Both the position numbers and the translations under genes were made by a program. From NCBI GenBank assembly GCA_963764165.1, contig CAVXRD010000002.1:512001-576000 (forward strand): a stretch of DNA of 64,000 bases, written 5' to 3'. This stretch comes from an uncultured Verrucomicrobiae bacterium (GTDB lineage Bacteria > Verrucomicrobiota > Verrucomicrobiia > Limisphaerales > Palsa-1400). Positions 8,217 to 18,158 of this stretch are shown one piece after another; position 1 is the stretch's first letter; each line of letters starts with the position of its first letter. Under the pieces are notes generated by a model, which was not told the DNA's origin, searched no databases, and saw only the letters and a list, made by a program, of their open reading frames with translations.

Positions 8217-11042
8217 TTACTCCACTGTTCTTCCCGCCGCGTTGGTGGAAACCAGGCGGTAGAACATCATGGGGGTGGTTGGCTGGCCGGTGAGCAGATT
8301 GCTGCCGCCTGCCGTCGTGATCCCGTTGCTCACCACTGTCCAGCTTGCGCGGTCGCTCAGGTTGCTGGTTTCTTCCAGGATCAAATTCGCGGGCCAGCTC
8401 AAGGATAATGTGCCTGCGCTGCTGCCGGCGGCGGGCGCTGTCAGGCTGATGGCCGGGCCGTTGGGGGCCATGGTTTGGCCGCCGCCCGCCACATGCGCGG
8501 TGGTGCCGTTCAAGACGTTGTAATCGGGGCCAAATTCCCAGGTCGTTCCCGCGCTGTCGGTGGCGGTGGCGCTCAAGTAGCTGCCGGTTGGCACCGCCAC
8601 CGGCAGGGTCACGGTGAAACTCACCTGGCCGGTGGCGCCGGTGGCGATGTTGGTGGCTCCCAAATAGGTTATGCCTTCGCCATAGCCGGTGGGGTCGGCG
8701 GCGCGGTTGAGGTAGAATTGCACGTAGAAGTGGCCGTTGACGTAGGTGCTCATCCCGGCCTGGATGGTGGTGCTGTTGGTCGGCACCGGCACAAACGGCG
8801 CGCCCAGGGTCGGGAGGCCCGAGCCGGGGGCCGGGTTGTTGCTCTGGCCGTTCCAGGCGGTGTTGCTGCTGGTGCTGGCTACGCTGGTGATGGTCACCAG
8901 GTTGGTGATGGTTTCTCCCGCCAGGTTGATGACGATGCCCCAGCCGGCGTTGGAGAAAATGCTGTTGCCCTGGATGAAGTTGCCCACGCATCCGGCCCGC
9001 ACCCGCACGCCGTCATACTGCGCGGTCAGGGCGTAGCCAATGTGGTTGGCCGCAAAATAGTTGGTGCCTCCGACCAGGTTGTTGCTGGCGGTGTCCAACA
9101 AATCAATGTTGTGCCATTGGTTGCCCAGCGGGCTGACGCCGTCGGCCTGGAGGCCGATGTAGTTGCCCTGGATGGTGTTGTTGTTGGCCCCGGGGTCGCC
9201 GATCGAGATGCCTTCCTCGCTGTTGCCGGAAACCACGTTGCCTTGGCCCGGGGCCGAGCCGCCGATCAGGTTGCCGCCCGAGCTGTAGGAATAGATGCCG
9301 CCCTGCAGGTTGCCCACCGCGTGTGTGCCGGTGAGGTCAGTGCCGACGTAATTGCCCTGGATGACGGTGCCTGCGGTGGCCGCTCCGTTCAAGCTGATGC
9401 CGCTGACGCCGTTGCCGGAGATGATGTTGCGGGCCAGGTCGTTGCTCCCGCCAATCACGTTGCCGGGCGCATTGGTCAGGGCGATGCCGGAATAGGCGTT
9501 GGACACCGCCGTTTTTCCCGCCGCGTCGGTGCCGATCAGGTTGCCTTCGATCACATTGCCCGAGACGCCGATGACGAAGATGCCGTTGGCCCCGTTGCCG
9601 GAGATGAGGTTGCCCAAGCCGGGGATGACCCCGCCCACCGTGTTGCCGGAGGCCGCCAGGTAAATGCCTGCCGCGCTGTTGGGCATCGCCTTTTCCCCGG
9701 TGGCATTGACCCCGATGCTGTTTCCTTCAATGACGTTGCCGGTGGCGCTGCTGGCCAGCACCAGGCCGTTGCCGGTGTTGCCGGAAATGAGGTTGCCGGG
9801 GCCCACCACGTTGGAGATCCCGCCCACGATCTCCACCCCGCCCAAGGTGTTGGGCAGCGGGTTGGCTCCCGCGGCGCTGGCGCCAATGTCATTTCCCTCA
9901 ATGCTGTTGCCGATGGAGGCCGAATAGACCAGCACCCCAAATTGCTTGTTGCCCGAAATGACGTTGCCCCCGCCCAGCACGTTGCTGGAGGCGGCGTTGA
10001 AGGTCACCCCGTTGGTTTGGTTGGGCAGCGCGATTTTCCCGGTGGCGTCGGCGCCAATATAATTTCCGCTGATGACATTGTTGGTCGAGAGCGCTGTCCA
10101 GATGTAAACCCCGCTGTCGCCGTTGCCCGAAAGCACGTTGCTGGTGATGGTGGTATAGGCGGCCCCGTTGAGCGTGATGCCGTCCGCCCCATTGGCCAGC
10201 GCCGCGCCGCCGTTGGAGCTGACCCCGATGTAATTGCCCGCCACCGCGTTGCTCAGGGTCGGGCCGCTCAAAAAGTAAACCCCGCTCTGGCCGTTGCCGG
10301 AGATGACGTTGCCGGGGCCAATCAGGTTGGAGGAAGCCGTGGCCACTTCAAAGCCGTTGTAAACATTGCTCAGCGCCACCGTCCCGGTGGCATCGGTCCC
10401 GATGAAATTGCCCGAAATGACATTGCCCGCCGTCCCCGCGGTGTAAAGATAGACGCCATTCTGGTTCCCGCCCGAAATGACATTGCGCGCCGCCGGCGTC
10501 GAGCCGCCAATCAGGTTGCCCGCCGAACCCATCACCATCAACCCGCCCTCCCCGTTGGCCCGGGCCACCGTGCCGGTGGGATCGGTGCCCAGGAAATTGC
10601 CCTGGATGACATTGCTCCCCAGCGATTGCAGCCGGATGGCGTCGCGCGGGCAGCGATTGATGGCCAGCCCCTTGACCGTGCTGCCGCCCGCCAAAATCAG
10701 CAGCCCATCCGTCTGCGAGGGCAGGCTCGAGCCATTGATCTCAATCAGCGGCTTGCCCGCATAGCCAAGCTGCGAGGTGCCGTCAATAACGACCGGGTCA
10801 TTGACCGCCGGCAGCGCCGACAGCGGCGTGATGGCAAAGGGCGCCGTCCCCACGATTTCAAACTCGATGGTGTCCAAACCCGGATTGGCATTGGCATCCA
10901 GCAGCGCCTGGCGGAGCGACCCCGGCCCGCTGTCAGCCGTGGTGAGCACGGGAAAAATCGAGGCTTGCAGCGGCACCGCCGCCAGCAGGGAAAGAAAGGC
11001 CGCACCGCCGCCAAACACAACAGAACCGGGGAAAAGCTTCAT
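8217..11042 (-). CDS. Large secreted right-handed parallel beta-helix repeat protein
   Basis: Signal peptide, DSGPGSLRQA motif, many (G)NxISGN / GNxIGTDATG repeats, ATATDSAGTTWEF module, Gly/Asn/Ser/Thr-rich. Confidence 0.85.
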   Translation of the reverse strand: MKLFPGSVVFGGGAAFLSLLAAVPLQASIFPVLTTADSGPGSLRQALLDANANPGLDTIEFEIVGTAPFAITPLSALPAVNDPVVIDGTSQLGYAGKPLIEINGSSLPSQTDGLLILAGGSTVKGLAINRCPRDAIRLQSLGSNVIQGNFLGTDPTGTVARANGEGGLMVMGSAGNLIGGSTPAARNVISGGNQNGVYLYTAGTAGNVISGNFIGTDATGTVALSNVYNGFEVATASSNLIGPGNVISGNGQSGVYFLSGPTLSNAVAGNYIGVSSNGGAALANGADGITLNGAAYTTITSNVLSGNGDSGVYIWTALSTNNVISGNYIGADATGKIALPNQTNGVTFNAASSNVLGGGNVISGNKQFGVLVYSASIGNSIEGNDIGASAAGANPLPNTLGGVEIVGGISNVVGPGNLISGNTGNGLVLASSATGNVIEGNSIGVNATGEKAMPNSAAGIYLAASGNTVGGVIPGLGNLISGNGANGIFVIGVSGNVIEGNLIGTDAAGKTAVSNAYSGIALTNAPGNVIGGSNDLARNIISGNGVSGISLNGAATAGTVIQGNYVGTDLTGTHAVGNLQGGIYSYSSGGNLIGGSAPGQGNVVSGNSEEGISIGDPGANNNTIQGNYIGLQADGVSPLGNQWHNIDLLDTASNNLVGGTNYFAANHIGYALTAQYDGVRVRAGCVGNFIQGNSIFSNAGWGIVINLAGETITNLVTITSVASTSSNTAWNGQSNNPAPGSGLPTLGAPFVPVPTNSTTIQAGMSTYVNGHFYVQFYLNRAADPTGYGEGITYLGATNIATGATGQVSFTVTLPVAVPTGSYLSATATDSAGTTWEFGPDYNVLNGTTAHVAGGGQTMAPNGPAISLTAPAAGSSAGTLSLSWPANLILEETSNLSDRASWTVVSNGITTAGGSNLLTGQPTTPMMFYRLVSTNAAGRTVE

Positions 11043-11210
11043 GGCAAAAGAATAGATTGGAGAATAGATTGGGCCGCCAAGGGCGCCTCCGGCGCAGGCA
11101 AACGCAGCCGAGCCGGACAGCCCAAAGGACAGCTCCAACTAAAAGCCCAAACAGGGCGAAACGTCCAGCCAAAAGGCGCAAAAAGCACAAAAAATAAATC
11201 AAGTTCACCC

Positions 11211-11238
11211 TTGACTCTTCCGATCAGGCAGGTAGGAT
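11211..11238 (+). promoter_or_regulatory. Sigma70-like promoter
   Basis: TTGACT-N16-TAGGAT upstream of ORF 11297. Confidence 0.5.
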
Positions 11239-11296
11239 GCGTACGTTAGAAGTAGCGTATCTTAAGCCAAAATAATTGAAAAACTAACTACTGAAT

Positions 11297-12160
11297 ATGA
11301 ACAACAAGTTTATGACCATGATCAGCACCGTGACGCTGATCTCTGGCCTGACAATCAGCCCGGCGGCCCTTGCGCTGGACACAGCCCAAGTCAGCCGCGC
11401 CCTGGCCGGTTCGACCGTGCTGGAGCTGCCTGTCAAAGCGGCCAGCCTGGTAAGCCAAGCCACGCCTGCGGAACAGAGCCCGATGGCAGCCGCCGCCGTC
11501 AAAGCCGCGCTGAGCATCAGCCCCTCCGCAACCGTGTCTGTGGTTTCGGCCATGTCCCGGCAAACTCCCTCGACGGCCCCCGTGGTGGCCGCGACCGCCA
11601 GCGCGATGCAGCATCGCCGTTTGGCCGAGATTGCCAAGGCCGCATCAACCGCCGCCCCCGCCCAGGCCGCCGAAATCGTCTCGGCCCTGATCAGGCAATA
11701 TCCGCAGGACTACGGCGTCATCGCCAAAGCCGCTGCCGAAGGCGCCCCGATTTTCAGCCGCCAGATCCTGGCGGCGGTGGGAGAACAAATCCCCGCCCTG
11801 AAGAAGTCCATCCAGGCCGCCGCCGCCCGCACCGCTGAGAAGACCAGCCCGGCCGACGTGCAAGGCATCCTGACGGAGAGCTACAACGAAGCCTTGACCT
11901 CCGGCATCAGCGTGACACCGATGCTCCTGGTGGCCAACACCGGAACGCCCGCCGCCGCCGCCGTTGCCGCCGCCCCGCTCATCAGCGTCGGCGCCCCGAC
12001 GATCTCCGGCGGAGCGCCCATCACCGGCCCGCAAGTAAGCCCCGCGGTGGCGCCGCCCGTATTGGGCCCGCCCTTCACCCCGACGCCCGGCCCGGCCGTC
12101 ATCTACACACCCGGCGACGCGACCCAAGGCCCCGGCCCCGGCCGCTACGGCTCGCCGTAG
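11297..12160 (+). CDS. Secreted Ala/Pro-rich hypothetical protein
   Basis: Signal peptide (PAALA), Ala-rich helical repeats, Pro/Gly-rich tail; own promoter and terminator. Confidence 0.75.
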   Translation: MNNKFMTMISTVTLISGLTISPAALALDTAQVSRALAGSTVLELPVKAASLVSQATPAEQSPMAAAAVKAALSISPSATVSVVSAMSRQTPSTAPVVAATASAMQHRRLAEIAKAASTAAPAQAAEIVSALIRQYPQDYGVIAKAAAEGAPIFSRQILAAVGEQIPALKKSIQAAAARTAEKTSPADVQGILTESYNEALTSGISVTPMLLVANTGTPAAAAVAAAPLISVGAPTISGGAPITGPQVSPAVAPPVLGPPFTPTPGPAVIYTPGDATQGPGPGRYGSP

Positions 12161-12220
12161 ACTTCAAGTTCGAGTTGAACTTGAGACCACGACAGAACCA
12201 CGCTTAAAGAACGCTTTTGA

Positions 12221-12256
12221 AAGGGCGAAGCAGAAATGCTTCGCCCTTGTTGTTTT
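12221..12256 (+). terminator. Rho-independent terminator
   Basis: 12-bp stem AAGGGCGAAGCA-GAAA-TGCTTCGCCCTT followed by GTTGTTTT. Confidence 0.8.
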
Positions 12257-12400
12257 CTTGCGGCAGGGCGAGCGATCCCTGAAATGTTAGAAATGAGTCG
12301 GCTGCGAAAAGATTAAATTGCGGCTCCAACGAGTCTCGCCTCGCCAAAACAATCCAGACAAAACGGTTGCATAGGCAGCCGTTTTGGGGAATATACGGAA

Positions 12401-13576
12401 ATGCGAGCGCGATTCTGGCTGGTCCTTTCCGTCGCCTTAAATGTTCTTCTGGCGATTGGCCTCGTTATCGCGAAGAAGCCTGGGGAGCAAGAAATGGATT
12501 CCGATAGCCCGGCTCCCACCGTGCTGGTCAAAACGAACGTCGTTGTTCGGCAGGAGAATTTCACTTGGGACCAAATACGATCGACTAACTACGCGACATT
12601 AATCACCAACCTGCGCGCCATCGGCTGCCCCGAACAAGTCATCCGCGATCTTGTGGTGTCCGACATCAACCGAATTTATGCCACCAGACGGCTGACAGAG
12701 GTGAATTTTCCAAATTTCCAGTGGTGGAAATCGAATCCGGATCCGGCATTGACGAAAGCAGCGGAAGACAAACTGCAAGCTCTCGAATCCGAACGGCGGG
12801 ACTTGCTGACCGGACTGCTCGGCCAGGGTTGGGATGCGGAAAGCAAGGAAGCGATTGCAGCGCGAGGCGGCATAACTTTGACCGGGCCGCTGCTGGGCGA
12901 ATTGTCGCCGTCCGCGAAACAGGCGATTCTCGACATCGTGGCGGCGGCGCAGCTTAAGATTGATGCCTACCAGCAGCAACAACGGCTGGCGGGCGCCGCG
13001 GTCGACCCGATGCAAATGGTTCGCCTGCGAGAAGAACCTTTGACAGCCCTGGCGTCGGTGATGGAGCCCGCCCCCTACGATGAATTTCTCCTGCGATATT
13101 CCCCTGCCGCGCAGCAGCTCCGCGACATGATGAAGACGATGACTTTGACGCCAGACCAATTCAGCGCCCTTTACAACGCGCTGAGCGGCATCATCGGCCA
13201 GCCGGTCTTTTTCTATTCCGGCTCGGATCCGGCCTTGGCGAAGCAGCAACAGCAACTGGCCACGCAAAGCGAGGCCGTCATCAAAACAATTTTGGGAGAA
13301 GCCTACGCGACCTACCAATTGAACCAGGATCCTGTTTACCAGAACACGCAGGCGCTCGCGCAACAGTTGAGCTTGCCGGCAAAAATGATTGTGCCGCTGT
13401 ATCAAATCAGCCGGGCGTCGCAGGCAGAGATGGATCGCATCCGCTCCGACGACACCTTGAGCAACGATGAGAAAATTCAAGCGCTCTCGCAAACGCGGGT
13501 GGAAGAAGAGCAGACAGTGGAGCAATTGCTGGGCCCGGATGCATTCGAGCGCTGGCTTGAGTCGCAAGAGAAATAG
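12401..13576 (+). CDS. Membrane-anchored helical hypothetical protein
   Basis: N-terminal TM (SVALNVLLAIG), LRAIGCPEQVIRDLV motif, Gln-rich helical body. Confidence 0.75.
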   Translation: MRARFWLVLSVALNVLLAIGLVIAKKPGEQEMDSDSPAPTVLVKTNVVVRQENFTWDQIRSTNYATLITNLRAIGCPEQVIRDLVVSDINRIYATRRLTEVNFPNFQWWKSNPDPALTKAAEDKLQALESERRDLLTGLLGQGWDAESKEAIAARGGITLTGPLLGELSPSAKQAILDIVAAAQLKIDAYQQQQRLAGAAVDPMQMVRLREEPLTALASVMEPAPYDEFLLRYSPAAQQLRDMMKTMTLTPDQFSALYNALSGIIGQPVFFYSGSDPALAKQQQQLATQSEAVIKTILGEAYATYQLNQDPVYQNTQALAQQLSLPAKMIVPLYQISRASQAEMDRIRSDDTLSNDEKIQALSQTRVEEEQTVEQLLGPDAFERWLESQEK

Positions 13577-13595
13577 CGGGCCTTCCAGCCGATCG

Positions 13596-13967
13596 TCAGG
13601 CCTCTTCCGAATCGAGCCGGTCATCGTGGTTGGCCGCGCTTGCGGCATAAAAAAAGCCGCCCGCCACAATGATTGCAACGACGACAACCAATCCCGCTTG
13701 GACAATCGGATTCTTCAGCGTTTGCTGCATCTCGCTGGCAAACACCGCTTGCTTTCCCAGAAGCATTTCCGACTGGCGGGTGGCGCTCTTGTCTTCTCCG
13801 GCGACGGGCAAAGGGCTCTCGCCCGCCGGGGAGCGGGTGCCGAGCCAATAAACTCCGTCCGCCGCAAAAACGCCGAACGCCAGCACGACAGCGCCAATCA
13901 TTCGCAAGCGCCGCGCGCGCTGTCTCGCATTGAAAGCCCCACCGGAGTCTGTTTTCGTCGTTTCCAT
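13596..13967 (-). CDS. Small two-TM hypothetical protein
   Basis: Two hydrophobic segments; fills the gap between flanking genes. Confidence 0.6.
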   Translation of the reverse strand: METTKTDSGGAFNARQRARRLRMIGAVVLAFGVFAADGVYWLGTRSPAGESPLPVAGEDKSATRQSEMLLGKQAVFASEMQQTLKNPIVQAGLVVVVAIIVAGGFFYAASAANHDDRLDSEEA

Positions 13968-14155
13968 CGTCGAAAGGATGCAACGGGAATCGAATCCGTC
14001 AAGCGTCTCAAGGCCAATGTTCTATATTTGACAGGCTGGAGTTTGATTAGAAATGGGCTCCGTGGCATGGCCCGCCTGCTTCTTATCGAACCCCAATGCA
14101 CGATTGACAGAGAAGAATACTCGCAAAGCCGCCAGCATTCCGCAACAATCCCGCC

Positions 14156-14779
14156 ATGAGCGCAGGCATATCTCGATGGCTGGGAACGGTAATCAGTTCC
14201 GTCCGCCGGTCGCAATCGGCCCTCTGGCGAATGGAAGCCCGGCTAAAGGGCGCGGAGTGCGACCCCACAGTCGTGTTTGCAGGGCGCCCTATTGTTAGTG
14301 TCGCGCCCGACTCCGTCTTGAGCCTTGGACGAAATGTGACGCTGGCCAGCGCGGTGCGGGCAACTCCGCTAGCGTGCTTTCAGCCTTGTGTCATCCGAAC
14401 CCTGGCGCCGAACGCCCGGCTCACTCTCGGCGCGAATTCAGGCATGAGTGGCACCGTGGTATGCGCCGCCTCGTCCATCGAAATCGGGGAAGGAACCCTG
14501 ATTGGTTCCGGCGCGATGATTATTGACAACGATTTCCACGAGCTTTCGCCGGAAGGATGGCGGGAGGCAAGCCCTTCCAATGCACGCCCCATCAAAATTG
14601 GACGCGAAGTTTTCATAGGTGCGCGCGCCATCATTCTTAAAGGGGTTACGATTGGGGATCGGGCCATTGTGGGAGCCGGCTCGGTGGTCACCCGAGATGT
14701 GCCGGCAAATTGCCTTGCGACGGGCAATCCGGCTTCGGTTCGCCCCAAAAAGACAGGCGCCGCAATGCTCCCAACCTGA
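14156..14779 (+). CDS. Hexapeptide-repeat O-acyltransferase (maltose acetyltransferase-like)
   Basis: DNDFH, IGREVFIGARAIILKGVTIGDRAIVGAGSVVTRDVP and GNPA motifs. Confidence 0.9.
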   Translation: MSAGISRWLGTVISSVRRSQSALWRMEARLKGAECDPTVVFAGRPIVSVAPDSVLSLGRNVTLASAVRATPLACFQPCVIRTLAPNARLTLGANSGMSGTVVCAASSIEIGEGTLIGSGAMIIDNDFHELSPEGWREASPSNARPIKIGREVFIGARAIILKGVTIGDRAIVGAGSVVTRDVPANCLATGNPASVRPKKTGAAMLPT

Positions 14780-14838
14780 TCGGAAATTTGCCCAGCCATG
14801 AAAACACAGGACAACCTCGTTTTGCCTCGAGCCCCGTC

Positions 14839-16017
14839 ATGACGCCATTGACCGTTGCCTGGATCTCCGATTTCCCCATCGAATGGCTGCCCGATGGGCC
14901 TGCGGAAGTGTTGCGCCTCCCCCGCCAGCATCCGGCCATGTGGGAAGTGGTCTTGCTGGGCGAGTTCGAGCGGAATCCCGCGTTGCAGCTTCATATCATC
15001 GCGCTGCGCTCGGGCATTGAGCGATCTTTTTCGTTCCAACGCAACGGGGTCACTTTCCACGTCGTCAAATACTGGGGCGGAACGCGCGCCCCAAGTTTTT
15101 TCTGGGTCGACACGCTGCTCATAAAACGTGTCCTCAAAAAGATTAAGCCTCAGGTGGTTCATGCCTGGGGCAATGAGAGAGGCGCGGGCCTGATCGCCAC
15201 CCGATGCAAGTGGCCTTTCCTGATTACGATTCAAGGATTGTTCAACTGGTACCGCCAGCACATTCCCATGTCGAAGCATGAGCGCCTGGCTGTTCTGGCG
15301 GAAAAGCTAAGCGTGTCAGGAAGCGCGCACGTCACGGCTGAAACCAAGTTTTCCATAGAATTTCTGCGGCAAATGAACCCGCGTCTCAACCTCTATCAGG
15401 TTGAGCACGCCCCAAGCTGGCTTTTTCACCACATCAAGCGCCAGCCCGCCACCGAGCCAATTCGATTCATGACCGCTGGAACCATCAACCATCGGAAAGG
15501 ATCCGATTTGCTCCTAAAAGCTCTCAATGAATTGGTGAATGAAATGCCGTTTCAATTAGTGATCGTCGGAGACCCCAATGCTTCGTTCCTTGACCCGTTA
15601 AAAGCCACGTTGTCCAAAGCATTATGGGATCGGATCGAATTCAAGGGGCACTTGAAACCGGAACAAGTCGCCAGCGAACTGAGCATGGCGACGATCATGC
15701 TGTTTCCCACGCGGGTGGACAACAGCCCCAACGCGGTCAAAGAGGCGGTCGTGGCAGGTGTGCCAGTCGTTGCCAGCGCCGTAGGAGGAATTCCCGATTA
15801 CGTCATACCCCAAAAAAACGGCATCCTTTTCGAGCCAGGGAATCTCGCGGAATTTATTAAAGCCATTCGGGAGGCCTGCCGGCATCCGTTGTTTCGAATG
15901 GGCCAGATCGCCCCCGAAAACCTAATCGCCAGCCGCGAGTATCTTTCCCCATCCCGCATGGCCACGCTTTTTTTGGATGCGTATCAAAGGGTTTGCGCGG
16001 GGCGGGGAAAGGAGTGA
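14839..16017 (+). CDS. Glycosyltransferase family 4 (start uncertain)
   Basis: RKG motif and DNSPNAVKEAVVAGVPVVASAVGGIPD GT-B motif. Confidence 0.88.
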   Translation: MTPLTVAWISDFPIEWLPDGPAEVLRLPRQHPAMWEVVLLGEFERNPALQLHIIALRSGIERSFSFQRNGVTFHVVKYWGGTRAPSFFWVDTLLIKRVLKKIKPQVVHAWGNERGAGLIATRCKWPFLITIQGLFNWYRQHIPMSKHERLAVLAEKLSVSGSAHVTAETKFSIEFLRQMNPRLNLYQVEHAPSWLFHHIKRQPATEPIRFMTAGTINHRKGSDLLLKALNELVNEMPFQLVIVGDPNASFLDPLKATLSKALWDRIEFKGHLKPEQVASELSMATIMLFPTRVDNSPNAVKEAVVAGVPVVASAVGGIPDYVIPQKNGILFEPGNLAEFIKAIREACRHPLFRMGQIAPENLIASREYLSPSRMATLFLDAYQRVCAGRGKE

Positions 16018-16136
16018 ATGCAATGGAAAAGTTTGGTCGCCAATTTGTCAGCATCCGAAAATCGCCAAATCGCTTTTGTTAGTGCAATCTCCGCTCATTC
16101 TGCTCACCATCGTTACCTAAGCAAACGAACATAAGT

Positions 16137-16379
16137 ATGAACGGGCAAGAGAAGAATGGGGGCGAACTATTTATCGTTGATAACAGCGACGATAAATGGA
16201 AGGGGTTAAAATATCTTCAAGACTGGACGGAAATCGCCAGCGGATTTGACATCGCCAGCGGTTATTTTGAGATTGGCGCGCTCCTCGCCCTGGATGGCAA
16301 ATGGCAAAAGCTGGACAGCATTCGCATTCTCATGGGAGATCAGGCAACGGAACGCACCCGACAGGCGAACGCCCATTGA
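16137..16379 (+). pseudogene. Truncated N-terminal fragment of a PLD-like/helicase defence-type protein
   Basis: FIVDNS...FDIASGYFEIGALLAL...IRILMG resembles the N-terminus of large PLD-domain/SNF2 helicase proteins, but the frame stops after 80 codons. Confidence 0.6.
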
Positions 16380-16401
16380 TGATGACGAGGCTTTGAATTC
16401 C

Positions 16402-17298
16402 GTGGAGGCGGTGCAGCATCTTTTTGTGGACGAGGCTGGCACGCCTACTCTCTTCCACGAAAGCGGAAAAGTGATTGTGGATACGTTTGGGTGTTCCCGT
16501 TTTTTCATCCTCGGAAAGCTCGAGGTTGAAAATCCAGAAGGGCTGGCTGGAAGTCTGACCGAATTGCGTCAGCAGATGCTCGCTGACCCGATGCTTTCTG
16601 GCACGGAATCCTTCAAGCCGGAACGCCGGAAAACTGCCGTCGCATTCCACGCCAAGGACGATTTGCCGGAAGTTCGGTTTCGGGTGTTTGATTTATTACG
16701 GCAATTCGGCAACCAATTGCGTTTCTATGCCGTCGTCTGCGACAAGCAGGAACTCGCCAAGGTCGAGGCGGCAAAGCGCGCCGATCATCCCGGTTACCGC
16801 TTCAACGAAAACTCCGTCTATGATTCGCTGATGCGCGAGTTGTTTGGAAAATTTCATCGATTGGCTGATCGCTATGATGTTTGCGTGGCAAAACGCGGCA
16901 ACAGCAAACGCGACGAGGCCCTTAAAACGGCCCTGGCTCACGCTGAGGCGGATTTCGAGCGGAAATTTGGCTTTGGCCGCGGTGGTCCCGACGCGTGGAC
17001 GGTGACGGTGCAATCGTCAAAGGACAATCCCTGCCTTCAGGCGGTGGATTATTTTCTTTGGGCTTTGCAGCGATTTTACGAAGTCAAATTCAACGCGGAA
17101 ACCAAACAGCATCAGATTGATCCGAGGACCGGGTTCGTCATCCGGGAAGACAGGTTTTTGAACGCCGTCTGGCCCCAAGTGAGCGAAATCCACGACCTCC
17201 ATTTTGGCAAACCACACGGAACGTTTTTCACGGTCCAAACCCCATTGAAGCTGTCAGAACGGTTTCCTCCGCCAAAGCCGAAAAAGAAAAAACCGTGA
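16402..17298 (+). CDS. DUF3800-domain protein (RNase H-like fold); start uncertain, frame open from 16246
   Basis: N-terminal LFVDEAG acidic motif, FHAKDD, and C-terminal LQAVDYFLWA (QxxD) motif. Confidence 0.8.
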   Translation: MEAVQHLFVDEAGTPTLFHESGKVIVDTFGCSRFFILGKLEVENPEGLAGSLTELRQQMLADPMLSGTESFKPERRKTAVAFHAKDDLPEVRFRVFDLLRQFGNQLRFYAVVCDKQELAKVEAAKRADHPGYRFNENSVYDSLMRELFGKFHRLADRYDVCVAKRGNSKRDEALKTALAHAEADFERKFGFGRGGPDAWTVTVQSSKDNPCLQAVDYFLWALQRFYEVKFNAETKQHQIDPRTGFVIREDRFLNAVWPQVSEIHDLHFGKPHGTFFTVQTPLKLSERFPPPKPKKKKP

Positions 17299-17349
17299 GT
17301 ATAGGAACCCCGAAGGTTCTCACGGCACGAGGCCGATTTTTGCTCACGG
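17293..17349 (+). ncRNA. Candidate structured RNA (three-way junction) at the 3' end of the DUF3800 gene
   Basis: Outer stem CCGTGAGT/GCTCACGG enclosing hairpins GGAACC-CCGAA-GGTTCT and CGGC-ACGAG-GCCG. Confidence 0.55.
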
Positions 17350-17442
17350 CACAGGTAATTTATTTACCCATGGAGATTTGTAAAGACACATTTTGTGCAT
17401 TTCTCGATTTCATGCGCAAATATTTTCGAAAAATCGTGCCAA

Positions 17443-17487
17443 AAACACTCCGGTAGGTTTTCCATCCCGCGCCATCCGTGCCAAAGT
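17443..17487 (+). promoter_or_regulatory. Bipartite dyad plus extended -10-like motif, copy 1
   Basis: AAACACT-CCGGT-AGGTTTTC-N16-TGCCAAAGT; same spacing at 48075 and 61618. Confidence 0.6.
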
Positions 17488-17553
17488 GCGTTCATGTGTA
17501 TATATGATAGGACTGCGAGGAAAGGACTGAGCAGGAACAATTCATTTGGATTT

Positions 17554-17698
17554 GGGAGCGCGACTGTCTCGGTCGCTCTGGGCGGCGTTTCGCCGAACAA
17601 TTCCATAGGATTTTGGCTATCACGGGTTAGTGAGATGCCTTTGCTCGAAGAGTTTTCGGCGGGACGCCGAAAACAGCGGTCGAGACGACCGCGCTCCC
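17554..17698. repeat. Inverted pair of GGGAGCGCG-type REP-like repeats
   Basis: Arms 17554-17602 and 17650-17698 are imperfect reverse complements; the right arm recurs at 43421-43470 (47/50 identical). Confidence 0.75.
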
Positions 17699-17789
17699 CG
17701 AAGCCAACTGCATGAGGTATCTTTATGATAGGACTGAGACGAAAGAACTGAGGACTGAGGTTCTGGGGGCGAGTTTCGCCTCAAAGTCG

Positions 17790-17829
17790 TTGCACGCTAT
17801 TGCACCCTATTGCACCCTATTGCACCCTT
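17790..17829. repeat. 10-bp tandem repeat (TTGCACCCTA x4, imperfect)
   Basis: TTGCACGCTA TTGCACCCTA TTGCACCCTA TTGCACCCTT. Confidence 0.9.
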
Positions 17830-17895
17830 GAGTTTTTATCACATAAATTGCACCTTCCGAACTCGGGAAGAGTCGCCGGAGCCGTCCCTTCTGAT

Positions 17896-18037
17896 TCCCT
17901 CGCCCTGCGAAGCAGGGAGAGGGCTAGGGAGAGGGGCACCGGGATCGCAGGACCAGTTGCCCGCTATGAACACGTCAAGTCGAACTCTACAAAATCCCCT
18001 CTCTCCGGCTCTCTCCCCGAAAGCGGGGCGAGAGGGA
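17896..18037. repeat. Inverted pair of CCCTCTCCC/GGGAGAGGG-type palindromic repeats
   Basis: TCCCTCGCCCTGCGAAGCAGGGAGAGGGCTAGGGAGAGGGG and inverted CCCCTCTCTCCGGCTCTCTCCCCGAAAGCGGGGCGAGAGGGA. Confidence 0.7.
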
Positions 18038-18158
18038 AAGACACCAATTCCACGGTTAGCGCTTATGGCGAGGCGTCTACCTTGGAATCAAGATGCCTCT
18101 GCCCCGACGCTCGCCATGCCAGACGTTGACACCGCCAGCAGGCATCAAGTAATTAAAG

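Noticed and set aside
8475..11249. 924-aa plus-strand ORF
   Set aside because: Antisense shadow of the GC3-biased beta-helix gene; no recognisable motifs.
17470..17486. Minus-strand sigma54-like TGGCAC-N-GC
   Set aside because: The -12 element is poor, and the GG-N10-GC spacing is not kept in the homologous copy at 52970; the plus-strand bipartite reading fits better.
17790..17829. Short tandem repeats considered as a CRISPR array
   Set aside because: 10-bp units without spacers, and no cas genes in the window.
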